64,000 bases of DNA from an uncultured Bacteroidota bacterium (GTDB lineage Bacteria > Bacteroidota > Bacteroidia > AKYH767-A > JABDAW01): positions 2,055 through 66,054 of the forward strand of contig CAIMUP010000006.1 of assembly GCA_903844645.1 (NCBI GenBank), in the 5' to 3' direction. This document shows positions 28,153 through 41,900 of this stretch, piece after piece. The notes beneath the pieces were generated by a model that did no database searches, was not told the DNA's origin, and saw nothing but the letters and a program-made list of their open reading frames with translations. The position numbers were made by a program, and so were the translations under genes. The stretch's first letter is position 1, and every line of letters starts with the position of its first letter.

Positions 28153-28623
28153 ATGAAGAGATTAAGTGGTATCGGCGTCGCGGTTTTCATAATATTATTT
28201 CTGACTTCGTGCGATAAAAACAGGGTCTTCGAAGAATATAAAACCATCCCCGAAAGCCTTTGGTATATCAACAACAAGGTGTCGTTTCAGGTGGCTATTA
28301 CTGACACGGTTTCTGCTAATAATTTGTACATCAATATCCGCAATTCAGGGTCGTACGGGTACAGTAATTTGTTCGTTTTCCTAACGACCTACCTCCCCGA
28401 TAATTCTGTTTCAAAAGATACTTTGGAATGCCCCCTTGCCGATGCTTCTGGCAAATGGCTCGGCAGCGGATTGGGCGATATTTGGGATAATAAAATCCTG
28501 TTTAAACGCAATTTCCGGTTTCCGCATTCGGGCACTTATCGGTTCGAGATGGTTCAAGGAATGCGGCTGAATCCGTTGCCGATGATTGCCGATGTGGGTC
28601 TGCGAATCGAAAAGGCGAAGTAA
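28153..28623 (+). CDS. gldH: Gliding motility lipoprotein GldH
   Basis: Lipobox LTSC, YSNLFVFL, LAD.SGKWLGSG; follows PSP1 as is usual in Bacteroidota. Confidence 0.9.
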   Translation: MKRLSGIGVAVFIILFLTSCDKNRVFEEYKTIPESLWYINNKVSFQVAITDTVSANNLYINIRNSGSYGYSNLFVFLTTYLPDNSVSKDTLECPLADASGKWLGSGLGDIWDNKILFKRNFRFPHSGTYRFEMVQGMRLNPLPMIADVGLRIEKAK

Positions 28624-28631
28624 GTCAGGAT

Positions 28632-28718
28632 CTCTTATTAAATACCCCGAAACGCAGTTTTTATTCCCCGAAACAATGGCTTTTCAACGGTAAGAGAAGG
28701 GTTTTGGCATATTTAATG
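28632..28718 (+). repeat. Dispersed 87-bp intergenic element, copy A
   Basis: Ungapped match to 47920-48006 (68/87 by hand count), followed by two TTGGCAGC copies 21 bp apart (28747, 28768). Confidence 0.8.
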
Positions 28719-28924
28719 GCTTTTAAAAAGTCATTATTAATTGAAATTGGCAGCAACCAACTACCGGTTGGCAGCGCAGGAACTTCTAATTTTTGGTTTC
28801 GAGGAATCGGTACTAGGGGTGGAATTTTTTTATTGTCAGGATATTTTTTACTTTTGCCCCCGTAGATAAATCGGGGATGCCGAAAACCGAATAGAGTAAG
28901 CGCAAAAAATTAAAGAATAATACA

Positions 28925-31900
28925 ATGAATAAAATGAAACAAGCAACCATGAACCTAAGAACAGTCGGGAAAAGCGTTCTTCAGATGTTACTTATTATCG
29001 GCTTCACGCTGGGGATTAATACCATGGCGAATGCGATGAAATTAAGCAGCAGCATTGCCGCGACCATGTCCGCAATGAGAACACCCTGCCCTCCGCCAGA
29101 TCAGCCGGATGTGATCACCGGGAATGTTGTAATCTGTCCTCCCGGATCGCCGCAAACGTACTCTATTCCAGTCGTTACCGGAGCGACGGATTATACCTGG
29201 ACCTTGCCTTCGGGATGGACCGGAACTTCCACAATAACGACCATTGATGCTACCGCAGGAACGGTTGGCGGAACCATTACCGTTACCGCGAATAACGCTT
29301 GCGGAAGCAGTATTCCGCGAACCTTGGATGTGGTAGTGAATACGGAATTATTTCCGGTAATCACCGCGATGGGTCCTACTTCTTTTTGCTTTGGTGGTTC
29401 CGTCATCTTGGATGCAGGGGCAGGCTACGCTTCCTATACCTGGAATACAGCTGGGACGGATGAAACCATCACGGCAACTGCCAGCGGCACCAGCTCTGTT
29501 ACCGTTACCGATAATTATGGATGCCTTGGCGTGGCTACGCAAGATATTTTTGCGAATGCATTGCCGACACCGCATATACTTACCTTCGCCGATTCGACAT
29601 TTTGTTTAGGCGATTCTGTTCAATTGGAATCAGGGAATTTTAATTTGAATGCACTCGTTCCTTATACCAATTGGAGTTGGAGTTCGGGAGAAATCACAGA
29701 GGTTGTTACCGAGCATGCACAAGGAATTTATACCGTTACCGTTACCGATATGAATGGCTGCACGGGAAGCAAATCGGTACATGTTACGGTAAATCCACAT
29801 CCTACTCCGACGATTACCTCGGCAAGTCCTTTTACCTCTTGTTTAGGCGGTTCCATTGTTTTGGATGCAGGAGTTTTTCCGCAATATCATTGGAGCACTT
29901 CTAACATCGGAGAAACCATTACTGTATCAGCTACAAATACCTATTCGGTAACCGTAACGAATAGTAATGGATGTACCGGAACGGCTTCGGTGAATGTGAA
30001 TTTATTAGCAGGACCAGCACCTACGATTACTGGGATTTTATCTTTCTGCTCCAATACCCCAGGCACCACGTTGGATGCAGGAACTTATACTTTATACTCC
30101 TGGAGTAATGGCGGAACAGACGAGACAACAACGGCTACCACTGCGGGAACATATACCGTTACTGTAACAGATAATGTGGGCTGTACAGGAACGAATTCCG
30201 TAACCGTAACGATGAATACATCGCCTACACCAAGTATCACCCCAAGTGGTGCTACCAGTTTCTGTGCTGGAGGATCAGTATCCTTAGATGCGGGGATTTT
30301 TGCCTCCTATCTTTGGAGCAGTACCGCCACAGGAGAAGCAATAACAGCTACCGCAAATGGAACTTACATTGTTACCGTTACCGATATGAATGGATGTACC
30401 GGTTCGGCATCTCAAATGGTTATTGTCAGTCCAGCTATTAATGCTGTTATCACTGCAAGTGGGGCTACCACTTTTTGTGCGGGAGGCTCTGTAACATTAG
30501 ATGCAGGGACTTATACATCATACTCTTGGAGTAATACTGCCACCGATCAAACAATCATGGTTGCTGCTTCGGGAATTTATTCGGTAACGGTTACTGATAA
30601 TATCGGATGTACAGGAATAGCTTCGCAGATTGTTACCGCAAATACCAATCCTACACCGACCATTACTCCGAGTGGTTCTACCACTTTTTGTAGCAATACC
30701 TCAATTACTTTAGATGCCGGAGTTTACTCTTCTTATTTATGGAGCAATGCGGCAACAGATGAAATAGTAACTGCCTCGTCCAGTGCAATGTGGACAGTAA
30801 CGGTTACCGATGCGAATGGATGTACCGGAACAACTTCTGTTACCACCACATTCAATGCAGCACCATCACCAGTAATTACTCCAAGCGGACCGACCACATT
30901 TTGTAGTGGAGGATCAGTAACATTGGATGCTGGAGTTTATTTATCTTATATCTGGAGTAATACCGAAACTAATGAAATGACAACAGTAAATACAAGTAGT
31001 AATTTTATGGTTACTGTTACCGCCGCCAACGGATGTACCGGAGCGACTTCGCAAATGGTTACAGCTAACCAAAATCTCAATGTAAATATATCCGCAAGCG
31101 GTCCAACTTCATTTTGTGCCGGGGGGACGGTTATCTTAAGTCCTGGATTTTATTTGAGTTATCTTTGGAGTGATGCAAGTACCGATGCAACATTAATGGT
31201 TAATACCGCAGGGACTTATTCTGTAACTGTTACCGATGGGAATGGATGTACAGGTGTAGCTTCACAAGGAGTCATTATTAATTCAAATCCAACACCAACA
31301 ATTACCCCAAGCGGTTCAACAACATTCTGTAGTAATAACTCTATAATGTTAGATGCAGGGGTTTATGCTTCGTTCATCTGGAATACTTCCGAAACTAATG
31401 AAACAATTACCGCATCAACAGCTAATACATTCAGTGTTACCATTACTGATAATAATGGATGTACCGGAATAGCTTCTATCATAACAACGGTGAATATTGC
31501 CCCTTCTATTTCAATCGCAGCGAGTGGTTCAACAACCTTCTGTAATGGAGGTTCGGTAACTTTAGATGCAGGATCAGGTTTTACTATTTATACTTGGAAC
31601 AATACAGGGACTGATCAAACAACAATTGTAATGACTGGAGGAAATTATATTATAACTGTTACAGATGCAAACGGATGTACCGGAGCAGCAAGCCTCATGG
31701 TTACTGTTAATGCAAGTCCTACCCCTTTGATTACACCGAGTATTTCTGCCAATATCTGTGCAGGCACTTCTGAAACATTGGATGCTGGGGTTTATGCAAC
31801 ATACCTTTGGAGTACAACTGGAACAGATGAGATGATTTCAGTTAATGCATCAGGGAATAACAGTGTAACTGTTACTGATATGAATGGATGTACAGGATCT

Positions 31901-34900
31901 GCTTCATTGATAATTACGGTAAATACAAACCCAACTCCTTCAATAACTCCAAGTGGATTTACAACATTTTGTGATGGAGGTTCTATAACCTTGGATGCAG
32001 GAGTTTATGTTTCCTACATTTGGAGCAATACAAGCACCAATCAAATGACTACAGTAATGACAAGCAGTAATTACATAGTAACTGTTACAGACATTAATGG
32101 CTGCACTGGAATTGCTTCTCAAATGGTTGCCGTTAATTCTAATCCTATTACTATAATAACCGCTTCTAGTTCCACTACTTTCTGCATTGGGGGCTCTGTA
32201 ACTTTAGATGCCGGTGTATTTGCATCTTACATGTGGAGCAATGCTGGAACAGATGAAACAACAATAGTAACAACGGGTGGCATCTATTCTCTAACAATAA
32301 CTGATATGAATGGTTGCACTGGAATAGCTTCACAAACAGTTACAGTAAATCAATTACCATTACCAACCATTACCTCAAGCAACTCAACTACGTTCTGTGC
32401 CAACGGTTCAATCATATTGGATGCTGGAATGTATTCGACTTATCTGTGGAGTAACACAGAAACGGATGAAACTATTATTGTTAATTTATCGGGTACTTTT
32501 TTAGTAACTGTAGCTGATGGAAATGGTTGTACAGGTATAGCTTCAATAACAACAACAGTTAATGCAAATCCAACTCCTTCCATAACACAAAATGGAGCTA
32601 TTCTTAATACAGGTATTTATTCTTCCTACTTATGGAGTACCGGAGCCACTACAGACTCTATTAATGTCTTGGTAAATGGTACTTATACCGTTACTGTTAC
32701 TGATGCGAACGGATGTACTGGTTTAGCTTCAATGGTAGTTTCGAGTACGGCTTGTGCAGATGTTGGTGCTGGTGCAGCTTATATAACAAATCAGCTTGAC
32801 AATACCGTATCAGTTATTAATATTGCAACAAACACTGTTACAGCTACAATCCCTGTTGGTAATCATCCTGTTGGAGTATCAGTTAGTCCAGATGGAACTA
32901 AGGCATATATTGCGAATGAATTTGGTCCTTCAATAAGTGTAATAAATACTGCTACAAATACTGTTTCGGCTACAATTAGTGTTAGTGGTGCTCCTTATGG
33001 TATAGTAGTAAGCCCAGATGGAAGTAAAGTATATGTTGCAAATGTCAGTGCCAATTCAGTAAATGTAATAAATACGGTTTCAAACATTGTTTCTACTACA
33101 ATTCCAGTTGGTCTTTCTCCTGAAGGAATAGCGGTGAGCCCTGATGGGACAAATGTATATGTTGCGAATCAAAGTGATAATGCAGTAAGCGTAATAACTG
33201 CTGCAACAAATACAGTATCAGTTACAGTACCAGTTGGTGCTGATCCTTTTGGTTTAGTTGTCAGCCCTGATGGAAGTAAGGTATATGTTACTAATGAAAC
33301 CGGAGGTACAGTAAGTGTAATAACCACTGCTACGAATACTGTTTCAGCTACAATTAATGTTGGTATTGCTCCGCAGGGTATATCCATGAGTCCTGATGGG
33401 AGTAAGGCGTACGTTGTGAATGGAAATTCTAATTCAGTAAGTGTAATAAATACAGTTACCAATACTGTTTCAGCTACGATTCCGGTTGGTAGCGACCCTT
33501 GGGGTATATCTGTAAACTCAGATGGAAACATGGTATATGTCGTAAATGATAACTTTACTGGTACGGTAAGTGTAATAGACACTTTAACCAATACTGTTAC
33601 AGCAACAATTACTGTTGGTTCTGGTCCTGCTGGGTTTGGTAATTTCATTTCTGCTTCCACATCCCTTACCCCTGTTATCACTGCTAATGGTAATACAACT
33701 TTCTGTCAAGGTGGTTCTGTTACTTTAGACGCAGGAAGTTATACTTTTTACCTTTGGAGTAATGGTGCAACAACAGAAACAATCACAGCCATTGACAGTT
33801 CCAATTATTCTGTAACTGTTACTAATGTAAATGGTTGTACGGGAGTTGCCTTGCAATTGGTTACTGTTCATGCAAACCCAATTCCATCAATAGCTGCCAA
33901 TGGACCGACAAGTTTCTGTAATGGAGGTTCTGTTACTTTGGATGCAGGAAACTATACATCATACAATTGGGATGATGGGGACTTTACAGAAACAACAATT
34001 ATAATGAATAATGGATTATCATCTGTTACAGTAACAGATGGAAATGGGTGTACTGGAGTTAGTTCTCAAATGGTAACAGTAAATCCTAGTCCCACTCCAA
34101 CTATAAGTCACTCCACTCCAACAACATTCTGTAGTGGAGATTCTGTAGTGTTAGATGCTAATGTTTACCTTTCTTACATATGGAGTACTTACGCTACAAC
34201 AAGAAAGGTTACTGCTACAACAGGTGGCACTTTTTCAGTTACCGTTACTGATGTTGACGGATGCACAGGGGTTACTTCAATAAATGTAATTGTACATAAT
34301 AACCCTAATCCAATAATTACAAATACGGGGAGTCTTACTTTTTGTGACGGTGGATCAGTAATATTAGATGCTGGTATTTCTTATACCTCATACTTATGGA
34401 ACACTGGGGAAACCGATCAAATGGAAACTGAATTCTCTGGAGGTACTTATTTCGTTATTGTTACTAATGGTAATAACTGTACGGGTAGTGCATCAATAGA
34501 TGTTGTAAATAATCCATTACCTAATCCAGTCATAACACCCAATGGTCCGGTGAACTTCTGCGTAGGAGGTTCTGTTACTCTTGATGCAGGTATTTTTAAC
34601 TCTTATATTTGGAGTACTACTGAAACAACCCAATCAATTGCAACAACAAATAGCGGAACATATGATGTTACGGTAACTGATATTAATGGTTGTACAGCCA
34701 CTGCTTCACAGGTAGTAGTAGTTTCATTAAATATTACATTCAGCATTACACCAACTGGTCCGACTACCTTCTGTAGTGGTGGTTCTGTAACTCTTGATGC
34801 AGGTGTTTACAATTCCTATAATTGGAGTACATCTGAAACAACAGAAACAATTTCCGTTTCAACTTCAGGAACATATACTGTAACTATTACTGGCAATAAT

Positions 34901-37900
34901 GGCTGCTCGGGTACATCTTCAATAACAACAGTGGCTAATCCTTTACCAACACCTTTAATTACAGCAAGTGGTCCGATTAGTTTTTGTGCGGGAGGCTCTG
35001 TAACATTAGATGCGGGAATATACACTAACTATATTTGGAGTACTACAGCAACAACCCAGACAATTAATTCTAATAATAATGGGAATTATTCGGTGACAGT
35101 TACTGACGCAAATGGTTGCACCGGAAGTACATCTCAAACTATTTCAGTTTATGCTAATCCTATTCCTTCAATAATCTCAAATAATCCGACCACATTCTGT
35201 ATCGGAAGTTCAACGACCTTGGATGCTGGATCTTTTTCTTCTTATGTATGGAGTTCTTCTGAAACTTCTGAAACAGTAACTGTATCTACTGCTGGAACTT
35301 TCATGGTTACTGTTACCGATTCTCATGGCTGCACAGGATCAGCTTCCCAATCTATAATTGTAAACACATTACCAACTCCAATAATAACGGCGATTGGTCC
35401 GACTAGTTTTTGCAATGGTGGTTCAGTTAATTTGGATGCCGGTACTTTTGTTTTTTATAATTGGAGTTCTGCTGCTACTACTGAAATTATTACTGCCGCT
35501 ACCAATGGAGTCTTTGGTGTTACTGTTACGGACAACAACGGATGCACTGGAATCACATCGCAAGCTGTAACAGTCTATAGTAACCCTAATCCTACAATTA
35601 CACCTAATGGTCCTACGAGTTTCTGTGATGGAGGAATGGTTGATTTGAATGCAGGTTCTTTTGTTTCGTTTGCTTGGAATACCGGTGAAACAGATCAAAT
35701 CGTTACCGAGTATTCTAATGGTACTTATCTGGTAACTGTTACTGATAGTCATGGATGTACGGGAGAAGGTTCAATACTTGTAACTGTTTATTCGCTTCCG
35801 AGTCCGACAATTACTCCAAGTGGACCAACAGTATTTTGTAATGGAGGTTCTGTTACGCTTAATCCAGGAAGCTATGCGAGTTATTTATGGAGTACTGGTG
35901 CTACAACTGCTTCTATTTCTGCTACTATAGCAGGCACTTATTCTGTAACCATTACAGACAATCATGGTTGTACAGGATCTGCTTCACAAACGGTTACCGT
36001 TAATCCATTACCGATAGCATCTATTACTCCAAACGGACCAACTTCATTCTGTCAGGGTGGATCTGTAGTATTGGATGCCGGAAATGCGCTTACCTATCAT
36101 TGGAATACAGCAGCGACAACCGAATCTATCACAGTTACCGTTAATGGTGTATATTATGTAACCATATCGAATGGTTTCAATTGCACTTCCGTTACTTCGC
36201 AAGTGGTTACTGTAACGACCAATCCTATTCCTGTAATATTTGCTAATGGTCCCGTAACATTCTGTGCCGGAGATACGGTAAGTTTAGATGCCGGTGTATG
36301 GTCTTCTTACCTTTGGAGTACAGGAGCAACTACTGAAACGATAACTGAAACGATTTCCGGGACATATACTGTAACCGTTACCAATATCGGGGGGTGTACG
36401 GGTTCTACATCGAGCATTGTTACTGTAAATACAAATCCTACTGCTGCTATTACTCCAAGTAGTACTACTACATTCTGTCAGGGTGGTTCTGTATTCTTAA
36501 ATGTGGGTGCTTATGCTTCATTCATTTGGAATACGGGGGCTACCACGGGAATAATTTTGGCAACAAACAACGGTACTTATTCAGTAACGGTTACTGATGT
36601 GAATGGATGTACTGCTATCGCTTCAATCAATGTTACTGTGAATGCAAACTCTACTCCTGTGATTACGCCAAGCGGTCCTATTTCCTTTTGTGCGGGTGGT
36701 TCGGTGAATCTTGATGCTGGTTCTTATGCTTCTTACCTTTGGAATACGGGGTCAACGATTCAAACGCTTTCAAACATTAATTCGGGCGGCACATATATGG
36801 TTACTGTTACGAATGGAAACGGTTGTACAGGGACAGCATCCATACTTATTACCGTAACGGTGATTCCTACTCCGAACATTATTGTTAATGGTCCGCTGAC
36901 ATTCTGTAGTGGTACCGATTCTGTTCAATTTGATGCCGGAAACTTTGCCTCTTATTCCTGGAGTACGGGTGCTACTACCCGAAGAATTGTTGTATTCACC
37001 AGCGGAACGTACATTGTTACGGTAACGAATGCCGGTGGATGTACAGGATCATCAAATCGGGTGGTAACGGTGAATCCTACCCCGAATCCTACCATCGTTC
37101 CGAACGGATCGGTTACCTTTTGTATCGGAGGTTCCGTCAATCTGGATGCAGGAGTCTATCCTACTTATCATTGGAGCACAGGTGCGACGACAGAAACCAT
37201 TAATAATATCAATACATCCGGTACTTACATGGTAACAGTAACCTCGGCTGCCGGATGTTCTGCCACGGCATCACAAGTAGTTACCGTTAATGCTTTACCG
37301 ACACCGATTATCACGGCGAATGGACCGATCATGTTCTGCATCGGGGGAAGCGTAACGCTTAATGCGGGAGTAGGATATACTAACTACATTTGGAGCACCG
37401 GAGCGACGACCAATACCATTAATGTATCGGCAGCAGGAACGTATCATGTAACGGTTACGAACAACAATGGCTGTACTGGGTTTACATCGCAAACAATTAC
37501 CGTCAATCCGCTTCCTAATCCAACGATTACGGCTAACGGTCCCCTGACATTCTGTAGTGGCGGCAACATCATCTTAGATGCCGGCAATTGGTCCACTTAT
37601 CTTTGGAATACAACGGCTACAACGGAGACCATTACGGCTTCTTCTTCAGGAACATACAGTGTTACCATTACGAATAACAACGGTTGTTCAGCCTCCACGG
37701 CTCAAACGGTTACCGTCAATCCTCTTCCGACCGTTACCGATACTTCTACCCTCTCAAATGTATGTATTCAGTGGGCTATCTTCAATCTTAACGGCGGCAT
37801 TCCGGCAGGCGGAACGTATTCAGGAATAGGAGTGGTTTTAAATCAGTTCAATCCGAACCTTGCGGGGCTTGGAACGAGAACGATTACCTATATTTATACC

Positions 37901-38227
37901 GATGGAAACGGTTGTACGAACTCGGCGACGCACAATCTGATCGTGAATCCTTGTACCGACGTGCCAACGATTACCGATGCCGATTTCGTAACGCTATTCC
38001 CGAATCCTAACGACGGTAATTTCACCGTTAAGTATTCTGTTTCGACTGCCGTTACGGCAATCCGAGTAGTGGATATTACCGGAAGGATCGTCCTTATCCA
38101 CACCTTATCCGGCATTGAGGGAAGCCAGGAAATCAATGCCTCCGACCTTGCGAAAGGAGTGTATTATTACGAAGTGATGACCACCGATGCCATCCTTGCG
38201 AAAGGCAAAATGGTGATCGTAAAATAA
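28925..38227 (+). CDS. Giant T9SS type A repeat protein (adhesin-like) with an internal 7-bladed YVTN beta-propeller
   Basis: PKD-like N-domain, ~35 repeats of ~72 aa ([13 protein letters not shown]..[13 protein letters not shown]), YVTN repeats at ~32774-33649 and [19 protein letters not shown] promoter at 28849-28856. Confidence 0.92.
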   Translation: MNKMKQATMNLRTVGKSVLQMLLIIGFTLGINTMANAMKLSSSIAATMSAMRTPCPPPDQPDVITGNVVICPPGSPQTYSIPVVTGATDYTWTLPSGWTGTSTITTIDATAGTVGGTITVTANNACGSSIPRTLDVVVNTELFPVITAMGPTSFCFGGSVILDAGAGYASYTWNTAGTDETITATASGTSSVTVTDNYGCLGVATQDIFANALPTPHILTFADSTFCLGDSVQLESGNFNLNALVPYTNWSWSSGEITEVVTEHAQGIYTVTVTDMNGCTGSKSVHVTVNPHPTPTITSASPFTSCLGGSIVLDAGVFPQYHWSTSNIGETITVSATNTYSVTVTNSNGCTGTASVNVNLLAGPAPTITGILSFCSNTPGTTLDAGTYTLYSWSNGGTDETTTATTAGTYTVTVTDNVGCTGTNSVTVTMNTSPTPSITPSGATSFCAGGSVSLDAGIFASYLWSSTATGEAITATANGTYIVTVTDMNGCTGSASQMVIVSPAINAVITASGATTFCAGGSVTLDAGTYTSYSWSNTATDQTIMVAASGIYSVTVTDNIGCTGIASQIVTANTNPTPTITPSGSTTFCSNTSITLDAGVYSSYLWSNAATDEIVTASSSAMWTVTVTDANGCTGTTSVTTTFNAAPSPVITPSGPTTFCSGGSVTLDAGVYLSYIWSNTETNEMTTVNTSSNFMVTVTAANGCTGATSQMVTANQNLNVNISASGPTSFCAGGTVILSPGFYLSYLWSDASTDATLMVNTAGTYSVTVTDGNGCTGVASQGVIINSNPTPTITPSGSTTFCSNNSIMLDAGVYASFIWNTSETNETITASTANTFSVTITDNNGCTGIASIITTVNIAPSISIAASGSTTFCNGGSVTLDAGSGFTIYTWNNTGTDQTTIVMTGGNYIITVTDANGCTGAASLMVTVNASPTPLITPSISANICAGTSETLDAGVYATYLWSTTGTDEMISVNASGNNSVTVTDMNGCTGSASLIITVNTNPTPSITPSGFTTFCDGGSITLDAGVYVSYIWSNTSTNQMTTVMTSSNYIVTVTDINGCTGIASQMVAVNSNPITIITASSSTTFCIGGSVTLDAGVFASYMWSNAGTDETTIVTTGGIYSLTITDMNGCTGIASQTVTVNQLPLPTITSSNSTTFCANGSIILDAGMYSTYLWSNTETDETIIVNLSGTFLVTVADGNGCTGIASITTTVNANPTPSITQNGAILNTGIYSSYLWSTGATTDSINVLVNGTYTVTVTDANGCTGLASMVVSSTACADVGAGAAYITNQLDNTVSVINIATNTVTATIPVGNHPVGVSVSPDGTKAYIANEFGPSISVINTATNTVSATISVSGAPYGIVVSPDGSKVYVANVSANSVNVINTVSNIVSTTIPVGLSPEGIAVSPDGTNVYVANQSDNAVSVITAATNTVSVTVPVGADPFGLVVSPDGSKVYVTNETGGTVSVITTATNTVSATINVGIAPQGISMSPDGSKAYVVNGNSNSVSVINTVTNTVSATIPVGSDPWGISVNSDGNMVYVVNDNFTGTVSVIDTLTNTVTATITVGSGPAGFGNFISASTSLTPVITANGNTTFCQGGSVTLDAGSYTFYLWSNGATTETITAIDSSNYSVTVTNVNGCTGVALQLVTVHANPIPSIAANGPTSFCNGGSVTLDAGNYTSYNWDDGDFTETTIIMNNGLSSVTVTDGNGCTGVSSQMVTVNPSPTPTISHSTPTTFCSGDSVVLDANVYLSYIWSTYATTRKVTATTGGTFSVTVTDVDGCTGVTSINVIVHNNPNPIITNTGSLTFCDGGSVILDAGISYTSYLWNTGETDQMETEFSGGTYFVIVTNGNNCTGSASIDVVNNPLPNPVITPNGPVNFCVGGSVTLDAGIFNSYIWSTTETTQSIATTNSGTYDVTVTDINGCTATASQVVVVSLNITFSITPTGPTTFCSGGSVTLDAGVYNSYNWSTSETTETISVSTSGTYTVTITGNNGCSGTSSITTVANPLPTPLITASGPISFCAGGSVTLDAGIYTNYIWSTTATTQTINSNNNGNYSVTVTDANGCTGSTSQTISVYANPIPSIISNNPTTFCIGSSTTLDAGSFSSYVWSSSETSETVTVSTAGTFMVTVTDSHGCTGSASQSIIVNTLPTPIITAIGPTSFCNGGSVNLDAGTFVFYNWSSAATTEIITAATNGVFGVTVTDNNGCTGITSQAVTVYSNPNPTITPNGPTSFCDGGMVDLNAGSFVSFAWNTGETDQIVTEYSNGTYLVTVTDSHGCTGEGSILVTVYSLPSPTITPSGPTVFCNGGSVTLNPGSYASYLWSTGATTASISATIAGTYSVTITDNHGCTGSASQTVTVNPLPIASITPNGPTSFCQGGSVVLDAGNALTYHWNTAATTESITVTVNGVYYVTISNGFNCTSVTSQVVTVTTNPIPVIFANGPVTFCAGDTVSLDAGVWSSYLWSTGATTETITETISGTYTVTVTNIGGCTGSTSSIVTVNTNPTAAITPSSTTTFCQGGSVFLNVGAYASFIWNTGATTGIILATNNGTYSVTVTDVNGCTAIASINVTVNANSTPVITPSGPISFCAGGSVNLDAGSYASYLWNTGSTIQTLSNINSGGTYMVTVTNGNGCTGTASILITVTVIPTPNIIVNGPLTFCSGTDSVQFDAGNFASYSWSTGATTRRIVVFTSGTYIVTVTNAGGCTGSSNRVVTVNPTPNPTIVPNGSVTFCIGGSVNLDAGVYPTYHWSTGATTETINNINTSGTYMVTVTSAAGCSATASQVVTVNALPTPIITANGPIMFCIGGSVTLNAGVGYTNYIWSTGATTNTINVSAAGTYHVTVTNNNGCTGFTSQTITVNPLPNPTITANGPLTFCSGGNIILDAGNWSTYLWNTTATTETITASSSGTYSVTITNNNGCSASTAQTVTVNPLPTVTDTSTLSNVCIQWAIFNLNGGIPAGGTYSGIGVVLNQFNPNLAGLGTRTITYIYTDGNGCTNSATHNLIVNPCTDVPTITDADFVTLFPNPNDGNFTVKYSVSTAVTAIRVVDITGRIVLIHTLSGIEGSQEINASDLAKGVYYYEVMTTDAILAKGKMVIVK

Positions 38228-38254
38228 CGTTCCTCCCGAATAATTTCTCATTCC

Positions 38255-38287
38255 AAGAGCCGCTACCATCGTAGCGGCTCTTTTTTT
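38255..38287 (+). terminator. Intrinsic terminator
   Basis: AAGAGCCGCTAC-CATC-GTAGCGGCTC followed by T7. Confidence 0.85.
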
Positions 38288-38355
38288 GTTGGTTCTTTTT
38301 TACCTTCCCGTTTTTCTTTGGAGATGATGGGTGAAATCAGGTTTGATACCCGATA

Positions 38356-38439
38356 TTTTCCTGAAATCATTCGTTTTTTTCCTGAAATCACTCCTATTTT
38401 CGGGAATTTGAGGCGTGATTTTGGGAATTTGATGCATCA
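38356..38439. repeat. Degenerate 21-bp array, 4 units
   Basis: TTTTCCTGAAATCA.. x2, then TTT.GGGAATTTGA.. x2 in the same register. Confidence 0.7.
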
Positions 38440-38517
38440 TTCCAAAACCGTTACTCGTCTATTACACGCATTATCAAGTCATTTTCACGAAACAGGTCGT
38501 CATAAAAAGTAAACACA

Positions 38518-38900
38518 TCGTCTTTTCGATGAAACTTATCGTAGTTTCGATGAAACTGGGTGCAGTTTCAATGCAACTGGGTGCAGTTACGATTAAACTG
38601 GGTGCAGTTTCAATCAAACTGGGTGCAGTTTCATTGCAACTGGGTGCAGTTGCATTGAAACTGCACCCAGTTTCATCGAAACTACGATAAGTTTCATCGA
38701 AAAGACGACAAGATGCATTTAAAAGACGATAAGATGCATCGGAATGACGAATAAAAAACTTGGAATGACGAATCATTTAAGAGGAATGACGAGTCTTTTT
38801 CTTGGAATGATTCGTAGTTTTCTTGGAATGATGTGTCTTTTCTTTGGAATGATTCGTATTTGATTTGGAATGACGAATAGATGGATCAGAATGACTTATA
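38518..38900. repeat. 21-bp array (~18 units) containing a perfect 62-bp inverted repeat
   Basis: GAAACTGGGTGCAGTTTCAAT units. 38518-38579 is the exact reverse complement of 38647-38708. The array continues as GGAATGA plus variable 14-nt units. Confidence 0.95.
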
Positions 38901-38972
38901 AAAATCTTTTTTTTATGAATCTTATTCCACGAAAGATGCAACAAAAGAGGCGGATGACTCCTCGTTTTCTTT

Positions 38973-41900
38973 TTATCTGATCAAAGTAATATACCCGCTT
39001 CTGCCTACGGGTTTATCAGTCGGGCTAACCGCCCCGAAGATGTAATAATAAGTACCATCAGGGACTTCATTGCCGGCAGCATCATAACCATTCCATCGGT
39101 ATTGCGGCTGATAACTTTCAAATAATAACTGTCCCCAGCGGTTGAATATCTCGAGGTGATAATGGCTGTATCCTTCGGCATCAATCGTGAAATAATCGTT
39201 GATGCCATCGCCATTCGGCGTAAAAGTATTGGAGCCGATGATGAGGCAGCTATCAGCGGTAATATCAAGGAACATTGTATCGGCAGGGGCAGCACATTTT
39301 GCATTGGGATTGGTCGTGATGAAAGAAATTTTATACGTTCCGGCAACATCATAAATAATATTAGTCGGAATAGCATCGGTACTGGTTTGCCCATTGCCAA
39401 AGTTCCAATAATAATTGCTGCCATTAGTGCTGGTATTGGATATTGTAATCGCCAAAGGGATGCAACCCGTGAGCGGAGTACCAGAGAAATTGCTGGTAAT
39501 CTTCATCGAATCCTGAATATAAATATAATCTTTCTGGATGCTTGAATCCATTACCCTCCCGCAAATGGAAGTATCGTTGATGGTGATTAATTTAATAGTG
39601 AATAACCCCGAATCAGTGAAGGTATGTGTAGGATTCGTCGCGAAGCTGATGGTACTATCGCCAAAACTCCAGAGATAAGACGTTCCGTTGGTACTGGCAT
39701 TGGTAAAAGTAACGGTCAGCGGGTTGCATCCAAACAAAGTATCGGCAGCGAATGCAGATAAAATAACAGGGGGACTAACGATTGATAGATAGGTTAGATG
39801 AGAGGTGTCATTACATCCCCCTGTATTGCTTGCCACCAAGGTAATGGTGTAGATTCCGGCTTGTGTGTATGTTGTCGTAGGATTCATTAAGTTGCTGGTA
39901 TCGAGGTTGCCAAAGTTCCAGTGATAATAGATTGCATTGGAGCTTGTATTTGTAAAATTCACGGTGAATGGAACGCATCCTATCATAGTATCAGCGGTGA
40001 ATGCCGCGATAGGTTTCGGATAGATGGTAATGTAATTCGTCATGATAACCGTGTCGCTGAATGTGCCACAGGGATTGGTGTTGAACGTAATCAGCTTTAC
40101 AGAATAAGAGCCGGAAGCGGTGTAGATATGGCTTGGATTTTGAAGGTTGCTAAAGCCATTATCTCCAAAAGACCATTGATAAGAAGTCCCATTGATACTT
40201 GTATTGTTGAAGGTTACGGTAAGCGGCTCACATCCCACCAATGGTGCAGCATCAAAGGCACTCGTAACCGCATTGGTAGCAGTAGTAACCACCACGCTAT
40301 CCATTGCCGAGCATCCTGAAGAGTCCGTAATCATCAAGCGATACACGCCTGGTTGCGCAACAGTATCATTAATAAAATTACTACCACCGGGAAGCCAATG
40401 ATAAGTCATCATTCCTGCATTCCCGAAGAGTACCAAAGAATCGCCAGCACAAAGGACTTGGTTGTTAGATATAATCATCGCTGATGGATTGGATTCAAGT
40501 ACCGTAGCAGTAGCCGTCGTAGTGATACCGCACGAAGTGATGGAACAAGTATAGGTTCCACTTGCATGAACATACTCCGTTAAACCATTTCCAGACAAAG
40601 GAGCATTCCAAAGAACAGTACTATTTGGATTGGTAACAATGGTTAATAAAACCGAATCTCCTGTGCAGAAAGTGGTATTCGGAGGGAGTTGCAAATACGG
40701 GGTAGTATATTGTGCGATTTCTATTTCATTCGTTACGAGAAGGCAACCATTGTTATCAAGAACGATACAATAATAAATCCCAGGTTCGGCAGCGTACATA
40801 GTGCTGGTATTTCCACCGATAGGACCTCCCGGACCTTGCCAAAGATAGTTTCCGGCACCAGTACAGATTAGTTCTGCCGAATCATTAGGGCAGATAAACC
40901 CGCTGGAAGGAATACTATTGATGATGGGTTGGATATTGGTAGTAACAATGGTAGATGTAATGGCTGAACAGCCACCTACATTGGTAACGGTTAACGAATA
41001 AAGTCCCTCTGTTGATACCCACAGGCTGTCGAGATGAATTGAATTGGTAATAGGGGTGCTCCAAGTGTAAATATCTCCACTGGATGCGGTAAGTAAGGTC
41101 GAATCGCCAAGACAATAAAAAGGATTACCACTAATAGCAGCCGTAGGAATGGGCACGACCCTCACATAGATGCTTCGGGAAATAACAACAGTATCTGAAT
41201 CGCAAGCCGTAGCCCGAAGTATCATTGCAGTGATGGTATATAACGATGATTGATTCGGGACGAAATTATTACCATCGGGTGGGTTGCTAAAACAATTGGA
41301 GGTGATGTCGTTGTAGGTGAAAGTATTGGGCGTAACCGTCCAATAGATTAAGGGATTATCAGGATTGGAGCTTAGGGCATAGGGATCATAAGCGAGATAA
41401 GGTGAGCAAAGAACCGAGGCATTGGGATTAGTCAATGTATCGAAGACAAACATAGCAAACGGAAGCCCTTGGCAAATGGAAATAGTATCGCTCCCCAATG
41501 TATCCTGAATACATAGCATACCGGGAATAATTGGGACAAGCGCACTATCCATAATGACTTGTACATAGTTCGAATTATTGCATCCAAAGGAATCGGTAAC
41601 GGTGAACGTATATTGCCCGGAGTAATTCACAACCAACGTGGAATCATTCAGCGGACCTCCATTCCATTGATATTGATTCATGATGGAATCCCTGCCTGTG
41701 AGAAGCACAGGACCAGCCGGACAAAGCACTATCGGACTCGGGTTGATTGCATTTGTATTAATAACGTGGTCGTCAGTAATGGTGGGCTTCGGGGGTGTGG
41801 GATGAATCATTACATACATGCTATCTGATGAGACAAAACAACCGTCTTCAGTGGTTTGCCGAACCCAATAAGAGCCGGAAACAGTTACCGAATATAAGTT

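Noticed and set aside
29300..37750. Repeats in the giant gene as a DGR template/variable pair or DNA repeat element
   Set aside because: Repeats are conserved at protein level with diverged codons; no adenine-specific pair and no reverse transcriptase seen
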